From Octopus bimaculoides (lineage: Eukaryota), in the NCBI RefSeq assembly GCF_001194135.2, contig NC_068981.1, positions 114,311,605 to 114,362,781 of the forward strand: a DNA stretch of 51,177 bases, written 5' to 3'. The first letter of the stretch is position 1. Every line of letters begins with the position of its first letter. A program made the translations under genes and the position numbers. Below are positions 23,086 to 34,480 of this stretch, piece by piece. Below the pieces are notes generated by a model that saw only the letters and a list, made by a program, of their open reading frames with translations, was not told where the DNA came from and made no database searches.

Positions 23086-26000
23086 GAAAAATTGCAGGAC
23101 GTATGCTAGAGGAAAACATGATCTATTATACATAGACAAAGCAGTTCTAAATGAAGTAAAAGCTAGAAAGAAAAATCTAACAATAGCATGGATAGATTAT
23201 AGGAAGGCCTATGACATGATCCCACATTTATGGATAACTGAAAGTTTGAGTATATTCAGTATTGCAGGCAACATAATTAGCTGTAGCATGAAGAAATGGA
23301 AAGTAGATCTATACTCAGGTGACACACTGTTAGGGAAAGTTAATATCAAAAGAGGAATTTTCCAGAGGGAGTCGTTTTCCTCTTTAATATTTGTCTTATG
23401 TTCGACCCCCCCCCCCCCGTTTAATATAAATGAAGGAAAAAGCGGGCTATCAGTTCAAAAATAGGGGAAAATTAATCATTTGCTCTATATGGATGATTTG
23501 AAGCTTTTTAGTAAGAATGCAAAGCATGGAATTTGGCATAGATAAGTGCAATATTAGTCATGAGAAGGGGACAGGTAGTCAACAGAAAAGGCATTCAGTT
23601 ACCAGGTGGCCAGACATTAAAATCATTGAAAGGGAGAGAGAGTTATAATTTATCTAGGAGTATTAGAATTTGACAGGGTACTAACTACAGAAATGAAAAC
23701 GAAAATTGAGGAGTACATCAGGAGGGTGAGAAAGCTAATGAAGTCAAATCTAAATGGTCCCAATCTAGTGAAGGCTGTAAATATTTGGGCAGTATCAGAA
23801 GCAGCTTTTGTAGATTGGACAAAAACTGAATTAGCAAAGCTAGACAGAAGAACTAGGAAGGAATTCAATATGAATGGAGGGTTCCACCCAAGGGCAGGAG
23901 AAGCAAGATTATATTTACCTAGAAAGGAAGGCAGAAGAGCATTAATATCAGTAGAAGACTGCTTTGAGTTAGCTAGAGTAGATATAGACTCCTATGTAGG
24001 TAATGGTGAATAAAGTTTATTAAAAGCTGCTAGAATCACAACAGGACATAGGGAAACGAAAAACTCAAACGAAGTTAAAAAACCAGAAGTCCTTAGCCCT
24101 TAGTCCATCCCGCGTCTGGTGGCGCATTGGGCAGACAACAATCTCCACTGATCTCTACCGGCAGCTTCTCTCTTGATGTTTTCCCATTTTCTGTTTATTA
24201 CAGCTATGTCTGCTTTGAATGATCTGCGCCATGTTGATTTCGATCTTCCTCTCTTTCTCTTTCCGCCAGGTGGTTCCCATCTAAATGCTGTTTTGGCGTG
24301 CTGTTGGTCTGGCATGCAGAAAATGTGCCCGGCTAGTCTCATTCTTCTCTCTGCCATGATGACTTGCAACCTCCTTGACTGTGCTCACTGGAGGACTGCA
24401 GTATTTGTGATGTGGTCGCGATAGGAGATCTTCAATATTTTCTGCGAGCACCTCTGATGGAACACATCCAGTTTCTTGGATATTGTTGATGTTACTTTCC
24501 AAGTTTCACTGGCATGCAGTGTTGTTGGTAACACGATGGTGCTATATAGACGCAGTTTTATTTTCAAATCAATGCTTTTACTTGCCCAGATTTTCCCCAT
24601 CTTTCAAAAACTGCTGCAACTTTGCCAACTCTCACTTTCACATCACTATCTGCCCCTCCATCACTCGCTAGTACGCTGCCCAGTTATGAGAAGCTGGTAA
24701 CATCTTCAACTGGCTGATTTCCAACTGTTATTTTTACATCGCTCTGTTTGTCCTCTACCCATACTTGCATAACCTTGGTCTTTTTCTGACTGATTCTGAG
24801 ACTAATTGTACCAGCTGTTTCAACAGGATTTGTTGTCAGTTGCTGCAATCCTTCTCTGGATTCTTCCAGAAGTGCAATGTCATCAGCAAAGTCAAGGTCA
24901 GCCAACTGTTGTTGTTGTTGTTGGTTTTGATGTTGCTGCTGTTGTTGCCATTGAATACCCAGATCTTTTCCGTCTATTGCCTTGTTCATGATGAAATCAA
25001 CTGCCAGCAGGAAGAGGAGTGGTGACATAATGCAGCCTTGTCTCACCCCTGTTTTGATAGCAAAATGCTCTGTATTTTCCTCTTGCATTTTTATGCAGCA
25101 ACTGCTGTTCTTGTAGATGTTCTGAATGATTGCTATGAATTTCTGCGGAACGCCATACAGCGAGGCAATTTTCCACAGCGATTTTCTGTGTACAGAATCG
25201 AATGCCTTCTTGAAATCAATAAAGTTGATTTGAAGTGGCCTCTGAAATTCTACACACTGTTCAATGATGTTTCTGATGGTAATAATCTGTTCACAGCATG
25301 ATCTTCGTTTTCTAAAGCCAGCTTGTTGCTCTCGTAGTCTTGCATCAGCAGCATCTCTCAGCCTTCCAGCAGCACAATACTCAGCACTTTCCCAGGTACT
25401 GAAAGCAGCGTTACACCTCTCCAATTATTACAGTCTGTCAAATTCCCCTTTTTAGGCAATTTCACAATAACTCCATTCCTCCAGACTTCAGGAACTTGTT
25501 GCCAGCAACAATTCAGAAGCCTTGTCATTGCCTTCACAGTGCAGTAACTTCCATGTTTCAGGAATTCAGCTGTTATATTGTCTGCACCTGCTGCGTTGTT
25601 GTTCTTCAGTTTCTTGATAGTTCTTTCAACTTCATCTTCACTGATGTTATCCACTCTTACATCTAGCTGCTGCTCTCCAGTTTCATTATCAAAATTAAAG
25701 AGTGTTGGATTTGACTGGTTTAGTACTGTCTGGAAATGCTCCACCCACCGTGATCTTTGTTGCTGTGAGTACAGTGCCGTTTTTGTCTTTTACTGGTACT
25801 ACTGATGGCCCTCCAGCTCCAGTCAAATCTTTGACAATTTTGTAGAGGGTCCTAGTGTCATTTTGACACCAGAACCCTCTGTGCTTCCTCACTCTTCTGC
25901 TCAAACATGCATTCTTGTCCTTTCTGCAGCTTCTCTTCACTGCTCTATCTGCCAACTGGTATTGCTAATTGAGTCTTGTATTAGCATCCAGTGTTTTTGC

Positions 26001-27576
26001 TTGCGCTCTTGCCTGCTTGATCTTTCTTCTCTCATCTATCAGGTCCCAGGTTCTTTCCTGTATCCAAATTGCTTTTCTTTTCCCCTTCTTCTGCCCAGCT
26101 GATCTGCAACTTTTGCTACTGCCTCCCTGAATATTGCCCATTGTTCTTCAATATCAGTTGCTTGCAGCAGTGGTTCAAACTTGTTTTCAAGTGCAAGCCT
26201 GAACTGTTGTGATTTCTGTTGATCTTTCAACTTTTCCACTGCAAAAGGTCTGATAGGTTTTGGCTTTTGCATCTTTTTCAGCCTCAGTTGAACTTTTCCT
26301 TGAACTAAATGACGATCAGAGCCAATGTCTGCGCCTCTGCACACTCTGACATCAGTCAGTGCCGATCTCCACTTCTTGCTGATGCCGATGTAGTCAATTT
26401 CATTCTCTATCTTGTCATCTGGTGATCTCCAGGTCTTCTTATGGATTTTTTTTTATGTGCACAGTAGGTGTTGCCAATGCACAATCCATTGATCTTACCG
26501 AATAGCAGAAGACGCTCTCCATTGTCACTGGTTTCTGTTGCTGAACCATGTGGCCCGATGACATGTTCTAATCCTGCCCTGTTGTTGCCAATCTGCGCAT
26601 TCATATTACCAACAAACAGTACAATGTCATGGTTAGGGATGTTGTTGAGCACACCTTGACACTGCTGATGGTGCATATACTGACACGATGGTTGCTTTTG
26701 CATGTCTTGACTGCAGCCTTGCTGTTATTATTCTCTCACTGACCGCATTCCACCCAATCAATGATCTTGCTGCTTCTTTACAGAGCATCAGTCCAACTCC
26801 TCTCTGGTGCGCATCTTCTGGTCCTGAGTACAGTAAGGTTATTTCACCACTACTGATCTTGCCACTGCCAGTCCATCGCACCTCTGACAAAGCCAATATC
26901 ACTAGCTGGTATCTTTAAAATTTTGCCCGTTTGGAACACTGTTCTCACGTTCTAGGTTCCAATTTTTGTCACCTTGCTGGCATTCAGTATTGAGTTCTTC
27001 ATCAGACATTGGGCTTCCTTTCGGCTTTCACCCACCATCGTCACAACTTGAGTCGAACTGTCTGCCGTGTACCGATTGTCAGTAGATTTGTTGCTGTCTG
27101 TTTTTTTTTTGCATGTTGCGGTTTTATGGGATAGGGGTGCTAGCCCTATGCCCAACTCTCTTCCTTTCTCTCCCTGGACTTGGGACCAAGCGTCAGCGGA
27201 GTTAAAAAAATTGGATAAAAACCAAAAGAAAGAACAGAAATTATCTGACTGACAGGAAAAGGCGTTGCATGGTAGATTCTCAAAAATAGTTGCAGCAACT
27301 AGTAGTTGTGAGACATGGTCATGGTTACACAAAGGAAAGTTGAAGAGGGAGACAGAAAGTTTGTTAGTAATTGCACAAGCTCAGGTATTAAGGCCTAATT
27401 GGATAAAAGCCAAGATTCTTTGCTTACTAACTCATTTGCTCACTAAATTTTATTCATCCGTTCCCTTTATTTTTCTCTCTCTTTCTCTCTCCACCTCTCT
27501 CTGTCTATGTCTCTCTCTTCCTTCCACTCTCTCTGTCTTTCTATCACTATCTTTCTCTCTGTCTATCTATCTGTCT

Positions 27577-27632
<56 letters not shown>

Positions 27633-27984
27633 TCCCTCTCGCTAAATGCTTCTTTTCCTTACGCCCTCAAATTATGCAAATCAAANNNNNNNNNNNNNNN
27701 NNNNNNNNNNNNNNNNNNNNNNNNNNNNNNNNNNNNNNNNNNNNNNNNNNNNNNNNNNNNNNNNNNNNNNNNNNNNNNNNNNNNNNNNNNNNNNNNNNNN
27801 NNNNNNNNNNNNNNNNNNNNNNNNNNNNNNNNNNNNNNNNNNNNNNNNNNNNNNNNNNNNNNNNNNNNNNNNNNNNNNNNNNNNNNNNNNNNNNNNNNNN
27901 NNNNNNNNNNNNNNNNNNNNNNNNNNNNNNNNNNNNNNNNNNNNNNNNNNNNNNNNNNNNNNNNNNNNNNNNNNNNNNNNNNNN

Positions 27985-28032
<48 letters not shown>

Positions 28033-28295
28033 TCCCTCTCGCTAAATGCTTCTTTTCCTTACGCCCTCAAATTATGCAAATCAAAAGAGGAAACTGTTAC
28101 TCATAAAGTAAGTGAATGTAGCATGCTGACACAGAAAGAATACAAGAAAAGTCATGACAATCTAGGGAGAGTAATCCACTGAGAGTTATGTAGAAAGCTA
28201 GGATTTGAACATTCTGATAAATGGTATGAACATGAACTTAGTAAAGTACTAGAAATTAAGAAATATAAGATGTTGTGAGACTTCAACATTCAGTG

Positions 28296-28329
<34 letters not shown>

Positions 28330-28600
28330 ATAAAGAGAATAGAAAGGGCCAGATGATGCACACATTAATATGAGAAGAATAGAAAAAATAGGAAAGTACC
28401 AGGGCCTAGCTATTGATTTATTGAGACTATGGAACGTGCTGGTAAAATGTATCCCAGTAGTTATATGTGCATTGGGAACTATCCCTAAAGATCTAAACAG
28501 ATGGATAGAAGAAATAAGCATAAAATCCAGTTCAGTACAGCTCCAGGAAACAGTATCATTAGGGACAGCTAGGATACTTAGGCGGGTTCTTGGCATCTAA
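23085..28600 (+). mobile_element. R4/Dong-clade LINE, copy 2 (RT, Zn knuckle, REL domain), interrupted by an RTE insertion and microsatellites
   Basis: WIDYRKAYDMIPH, HLLYMDDLKLF, FHPRAGEARLYLPRKEGRR. It resumes at 27200 (KALHGRF, WLHKGKLKRETESLL), then LCKSKEETVTHKVSEC..HD and EKIGKYQGLA..IPVVICALG..LGTARILRRVLGI* (ends 28600). Confidence 0.9.
24083..27199 (-). mobile_element. RTE-clade LINE, near full length (APE + RT), frameshifted, with 10-bp TSD
   Basis: RTE-type 5' UTR hairpin (GGGCATAGGGCTAGCACCCCTATCCC), KIGT*NVRT, LALSEVRWTG, QAGFRK, FIDFKKAFDSVHR, GVRQGCIMSPLLF, DLDFADD (FADD at 24890-24879), RLAGHIF. The TSD AGTTAAAAAA occurs at 24073-24082 and 27200-27209. Confidence 0.95.
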
Positions 28601-28664
28601 AGCTAGTTGTTGAAGCCCGATGTTAGGATTCTTTTCCTTTCCAATAGTTTAATCTATTGCGTGC

Positions 28665-28735
28665 ACAGTAATCCCTCCCCATATCGTGGTTCGCCTATCG
28701 CGGTTCACCTATCTCGGTGAAAGTAGTCATGAATG
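28665..28735 (+). mobile_element. Tigger/pogo-type MITE terminus (partial)
   Basis: CAGTAATCCCTCCCCATATCGTGGTTCGCCTATCGCGGTTCACCTATC resembles CAGTA..CCCTC..TATCGCG-type TIR starts. The partner end is not seen. Confidence 0.45.
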
Positions 28736-28928
28736 GAGGAACCAGCTGAATGTTAAATTATTTAGGAATAAATGTTATATATANNNNNNNNNNNNNNNNN
28801 NNNNNNNNNNNNNNNNNNNNNNNNNNNNNNNNNNNNNNNNNNNNNNNNNNNNNNNNNNNNTACATACATACATATATATATATATAATTATACATATATA
28901 TATATACATATGTACATATATATATACA

Positions 28929-28970
<42 letters not shown>

Positions 28971-29504
28971 TATGTGTGTGTGTATGTAGTTATTTAATGT
29001 GCAGGTTTGTAACTGTTGCGTTGTTTAATGGAAATATCTGTATACTCAATCCATGAAAGCGGGAGATGAAACTTTTATGAGCTGAAAAATATGTTTGTAT
29101 CCTAGAATGACAATGAGAATATATTGAATTTTTTTATATAAGATAGTAATGTTTCAGGTAAACACCTGAATTTTGTTTCATTTATGCATGTTCATTTTCA
29201 GCTAGAGTGACATCGGCAATATATTAAGGATATTTTGTCAAATTATGCGTGCGTATATTTATGCTTATGCATGAAATAGTTTTTAACCATTTTATTAATG
29301 ATATTAACAATTCCAGAAGGCGGTTTCTAAAAACAGCTAATCATTATTCTCATGTGTTATAAGTGAAAACGTTTCTGGGGGTAATAATGCGAAGAGATTG
29401 TATGTTTGTGTTAATATTTATTTTATGAGCAGGCTCTGTCAATCCCCATCAAAAGTACGGCTGACTTTATTATTTCATTATTTGGCTACTGTTTCTAATT
29501 CTGA

Positions 29505-29710
29505 ATGAGAATTTACAAAAAAAAAAAAAAAAAAGAGACAAAAGACGAAGACGGGTGTGTAAACAGCAAACGGGTGTTTTAGCTTAACACTGGGGAAGTG
29601 AGAAAGTCTTTTACGTTTCGAGCATATGCTCTTCGACAGAAAGGAACACAGAAATAAACAGGGAGAGAATATAGAAAAAGGTTTAGTAGCTAGCGATCTA
29701 TCATGGCGGT
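29505..29710 (-). mobile_element. solo PLE pLTR-like repeat carrying a hammerhead motif
   Basis: Pyrimidine-rich segment around the motif at 29608-29643. A related truncated piece (..CCCGAGCGTCATACTAATATATACTTTTGTTATTTACACCACCTGTCCTCGTCT, minus strand) occurs at about 41640-41700. Confidence 0.6.
29608..29643 (-). ncRNA. 36-nt minimal hammerhead-like motif (CUGUCGA core variant)
   Basis: The minus strand reads CTTT / CTGTCGA / A / GAGC-ATAT-GCTC / GAA / ACGT / A / AAAG. All three stems fit. Only A6 deviates (U). Confidence 0.7.
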
Positions 29711-30073
29711 GCGTGTGTTTGTGTGTATACACACTCTCTCTCACACACAGTATGTATATATATGTATATAGTAAGATAACAAGGCAACTGTTTGTAGGGT
29801 AGGTAAGGAGGAAGATGAGGAGAAATAAGATAAAGACAAAATGAAATAAAGTAAAACAAAGAATACAATAAAAGTAGTAAAGTTCAAGTTTAATTTTGTC
29901 TAATAAGTCGATGGAAATAATTTTTTTAAGCCTAAGGATATAAAAGCTTTAGTGAATTTAAAAGTCTTAAAAGTTTTAAAAGTTTAAAGAAAATAAGATG
30001 TATGGGCAGATTGACAAATGGGTCAATAGCAAGATAGATTGATTGATCGATATATATATATATATATATATAG

Positions 30074-30124
<51 letters not shown>

Positions 30125-30309
30125 GGGACTGATACATGGCTATATAAATAGTTCGGTAGGTAAATAGAAGGATTGATAGTTTACATGTAGCATGTGTTCT
30201 GGAATGAGTTTTGTTGTTGGGTGTTGTAGCTTGTTTTTGTATGCGCTTTCGAACCGAGAGTTCTTGCTACATGCGATTTTTGATGATTAACGAAACCAAC
30301 AATAGAAAG

Positions 30310-32150
30310 CATTACTCTGTTGCACACATAATCTATGAGTTGTTATCTGGAATCTCTGTTTCGCAAGGATCTTTTGAGCTCCGAATCTTCATTACGCTTT
30401 GATTCAAACTTCTCACCACTGTTTTTAATAATACTAAGCCTCCCTGTTCTGTTCTTTGCTCAGGATTCCTAGTTTCTAAAGTCCATATCCAGGATCTTCA
30501 AGTTATCCTTAACCACATTTTTGAATCGCTCTATTGGTTTATGACTTGGCCTCTTTTCATTTGAAAGCTCTCCATAAAACAATCTCTTGGCTAACCTGTT
30601 ATCGTCCATCCTAACGATATGACCAGTCCAACGCATTTAGATAATCATCTCAATTCTTTCACCACCGGTCTCCACTTAACCCCCTAAAATCTGTTTAAGA
30701 GAGTTTCAATGAAATTTTTCAAGTCATTTTGTGTGCCTCCTGAAGGTAGTCCATCCCTCAGATCTATACAATAATAACTAGTATGCAGGATCTGTACACT
30801 TTCATTTTAGTTACCAGATGGAAACCCTGATCCCCCCCATACCTTTCTCTTCTGTATTCCAAATGCTGTTGTAGAATTTTGAATTTACTGACTCATTTCT
30901 GCATCAAGTGATCTATCTTTACTGATAATGGAAACCTAGCTACTTAACTCAGTCGTAAACTGTCAACTGTTATGTTTGGCTCAACACGAACCTCACCTAG
31001 AGGAAGTGTAAACATTACTTTGGTTTTTATGAGGCTGGCGGTCAGTCCAACAGCACGACAAGTCCTAGAAAAAGTATTGATTATGACCTGCGTATCTTCT
31101 TCAGTGTGTTCAACAAGATTAACATAATCTGCATACAACAGCTCTTGGATAATGTATTGAAGCTTTTTGACTGAGTGTGAAAACGACACAAGTTAAAAAG
31201 TTTGCCAAATGTCCGAAATCGAAAGTAAGCTCTCATATTGCAGCCCTCAAAACATAGATCAGATAAACTGCAAAGTAGACGGAGAATAGCGATGGTGTTG
31301 GTATGTCACCTTGTTTCACACCATTGTGAATTTTGATCGGTTCAGTGAGTTTACCAGTAAGATTAACTGCTCCTTTCATGAGCTTATGAAACTTCTTAAA
31401 CAAATCCACGAATAGTGTAGAACATCAAAGTTTCTCAAGAATTATTAACAAAGCATTTCGATTCACCGTACCCAAACCCTTGGTATTATCTACAAAGTCT
31501 TGATACTGTGGAACTCTATCTTTTATTCTTTAAATTGTTTCAGTCTTTAGATTGCGACCATGCTGATGAAGGTTTTTTGCCGAACGAATCGCCTTAGTAC
31601 TTATATTTTTAAAAATCTAATATTTATTCTATTGTCGAACTGCTGATTTACAGGGACGTAAATATATTAACACCTGTCATCAAGAGGTAGAGGGGTACAA
31701 ACACAGACACAATGAAGGGTTTTTTTCAGTTTCCGTCTTCCAAATCCACTCGCAAGGCTTTGGTCAGCCCGAAACTATAGTAGAAAACACTTACCGAAGG
31801 TACTACGCAGTGGGGCTCAACCTGAGACGATGAAGTAGGGAAGGAAACTTCTTACCACACAATCACGCTTGTGTTTAAAGCACTTCTGCAATTGACATAC
31901 AGTGAATACCATGTCCATAGTGCCGTGACCCGAGCTGAACCCACATTGACTGTCTGGGAGAACCGAGAGACAGATCCGGGTTGATAATCTCTTGAACAAT
32001 AACTTCACAAGAACCTTGTCCACTGATATCATGAAAGTTGTTGCATAATGCTTTGGATCCTTTGCCTTTGTACATGGATATTATGATTGCATCTATCCAT
32101 GTGGATCTCTCTATTATTGGAGCAAGGGTAGTCCATGCAACCGTCATCTA
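30310..32150 (-). mobile_element. RTE-BovB LINE RT region, interrupted by a SINE
   Basis: WIDAIIISMYKGKG, PDSQCGF..GTMDMVF, FVDNTKGLGTVNR, NGVKQGDIPTPSLFSVYF, IQELLYADY, KRLFYGEL. Confidence 0.88.
31530..31870 (-). mobile_element. SINE family A, decayed full length
   Basis: The head and tail segments match the 19499-19878 copy in reverse orientation. It splits the RTE-BovB RT. Confidence 0.8.
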
Positions 32151-32169
32151 ATCTTGTATATCTAGCTCA

Positions 32170-33560
32170 ACGTCCAGTGTTTTTTTTTCTTTTAACAGGG
32201 GTGTAAAAATTTCTCTGTAGAACGTGAGCCTCTTGTAACAGTAGCCTAGTATCGAGTTTCTCTTTAGAATTTTCCATTCGGCAATTTCGTAACAGGCGTC
32301 GGGGTGATTTCAGTAGTGATATTATATATTATGGATGTATCATGTAAACAGTACTCATGTTGCATCGAGATTGTATTTTTTGTTTACATCCCAGATTCCC
32401 TGCCAGAATAACTCACGGTCCTCCTGGGGAGAAACATTTACTACCTTGATGTCATTGCCTTTCATACTGCGATATACAGCTTGTACGTTTCGGACAAACT
32501 TTCGGTTTATCGTTTTGCGTAGATCGTGTTCGAGTGTGATCAGTTTGCTTGAGTATTTCTCGGCAACAATTCCCATACAATTTGGAGAATATATCATGCA
32601 GTTGTAGCTGGCGATTCGTGAATTCATTTTAGCTTTGCATTTGATGATAAGAGTCCAACTATCCTATCTTTTTTCTGTGTCCGTTGATGTTAATTTGGTG
32701 AGAGGTAATCCATTTTGTATCGGTCTCTTTTATTACCATCTCTACAACTACTGCGGCACAATATAGCAGGGCATTTATTGTCCAAAAGCTGGGAATTTGA
32801 ATTTGAGCAAGTTTTTCTCTTGCAATTTCGCCGATCGTGGATAATATCTAGTCAGTGTTTTATTTTTTTCACCAGTTTGTGTCATGTTCGTTCTTTCATG
32901 TAGTGCCTTATGTATATAAATAGTGAAGTTCTGCTTAAACTCTGGTGCGGAATGCCACATGTAAGCAGTTGACACATGTACGTGCAATGACGGCGGTTTG
33001 ATGTATTCGCTTTGGTTGTGTTTCTTGTCGTTCACAAGTCTCTTTGGAGAAAAAGTTTATTGAATTTTCAATACAAGTATCATCCTTTTACATTTTGGTT
33101 GAGCAATTTCGTTTGGTAGAAAAGTGTAATTGTTTGGTAGAAAAGCAAAGGCGGCGAGCTGGCAGAAGCGTTAGCACGCCAGGCGAAATGCTTAGCGGTA
33201 TTTCGTCTGTCGCTACGTTCTGAGTTCAAATTCCGCCGAGGTCGACTTTGTCTGTCATCCTTTCGGGGTCGATTAAATAAGTACCAGTTAATCACTGGTG
33301 TCGATATAATCGACTTAATCCGTTTGTCTGTCCTTGTTTGTCCCTTCTGTGTGTAGACCTTTGTGGGCAGTAAAGAAATAACAAAAGCGTAATTGTTTCT
33401 CTGCAAAGTTTGAAAATGTTGGGTATTTCTTATCCCAATACTCTTTTAGTCTCTTCTTGTAGCCTATCGATGGATCTTCCCTAACCTATCTATAGAATTG
33501 GTATATGTCTTGGTTCATTTCGAAAGACCCTTATAATTTCTCACGATAGTTCCGCAATCT
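32170..33560 (-). mobile_element. R4/Dong-clade LINE, N-terminal region
   Basis: DPSIGYKKRLKEYWDKKYP, INRKFVRNVQAVYRSM..ELFWQGIWD, KLPNGK..ILGYCYKRLT. These motifs lie upstream of the RT in R4/Dong ORFs. Confidence 0.7.
33148..33382 (+). mobile_element. tRNA-derived SINE family B, full length, with 16-bp TSD
   Basis: AAGGCGGCGAGCTGGCAGAAGCGTTAG..GAGTTCAAATTCC (A/B boxes). The core GTCGACTTTG..CATCCTTTCGGGGTCGAT..AGTACCAG resembles the MetaSINE Meta domain. The TSD AAAAG(T/C)GTAATTGTTT occurs at 33120-33135 and 33383-33398. Confidence 0.9.
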
Positions 33561-33699
33561 GTGATAACGTTCATTTGTCGTAATGGTGTACGTAGTAGTA
33601 ATTTTTTACGTGGTATGTATTAACTTAATTTTACTGTTTGATTACTGATATGATCTTTTTTAAAGATGTTGTTTCTATACATTAATCCAAAGATGACAA

Positions 33700-34111
33700 C
33701 CATTTCTTTCTTTACATACTTTTTCTCAAGGTTTGTGTGTCCTTCAGTAACTGTAGCACTAGTAACTGTACCAATAGGATATACTGGATTTCACAGTATG
33801 TTTTACATACAATTTCATCTTCTCGTCTTTAATTACCTACAAATCTAAGGCTGCGTTGTTTGATATCTTCCTATACGCCGCTTCGATAACTGTTGCTCCG
33901 AAGAAATGCTCTTTAGCCTCCTTAAAATCTTGGTATACATTCCATTTAGTGTGCTTTCTACTGCTTTTGCAAATGTCTACCATTCAGATCCATATATCAA
34001 TAAGCTTTCTACAGCAGTCCTTAAAAAACTATATATTTTGAGATCTTTAGAGACTTTTGACACTTATGTTGGGATATCTTTTCATTGCTGATACAATTTT
34101 TACTTCACACG

Positions 34112-34163
<52 letters not shown>

Positions 34164-34233
34164 CTATTTCTCCGTCTCTCTCTCCCTCTCTCTTCATTTC
34201 TCTCTCTCCCCACTCTCTCTCTCTTTCTCTCTC

Positions 34234-34310
<77 letters not shown>

Positions 34311-34480
34311 ACTCTCTCTCTGTGATCATTCTGTCCATGGAGCCATATATTTGAAGCTATTTGCACATTTCAAGTTTCCATCCTTGATGTTTAATGTCTT
34401 CTTTTGGTTGACTGAAAGTTTTATTGACGTGTAGCTCAATAAGTTTTGCAGCGTCACACTTTGTATAATGATAGCCTTTT
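33700..34480 (-). mobile_element. RTE-X-like LINE 3' fragment split by a (CT)n microsatellite (about 34110-34320)
   Basis: NSFKYMAPW (FKYLGSW-like), LKIYSFLRTAVESLLIYGSEW, LNGMYTKILR, DIKQRSLRFVG. Confidence 0.7.

Noticed and set aside
27100-27199. HDV-like ribozyme expected at some RTE 5' ends
   Set aside because: I could see only the downstream hairpin and could not build the nested double pseudoknot by eye. A descriptor search would be needed.
27631-28085. Identical 55-bp sequence on both sides of an N gap (27631-27685 and 28031-28085)
   Set aside because: It is an exact duplicate with the same (CT)n lead-in across a scaffold gap, so it is most likely an assembly overlap artefact.
31563-31590. 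CTGATGAAGG..CCGAAC hammerhead look-alike
   Set aside because: It lies in the SINE A tail and appears to come from decay of that sequence. It lacks GAAA, stem III and stem I.
33148-33250. tRNA genes at SINE heads (also 37063-36990 and family A heads)
   Set aside because: A/B boxes are present but there is no complete cloverleaf, and they continue into SINE bodies and tails.
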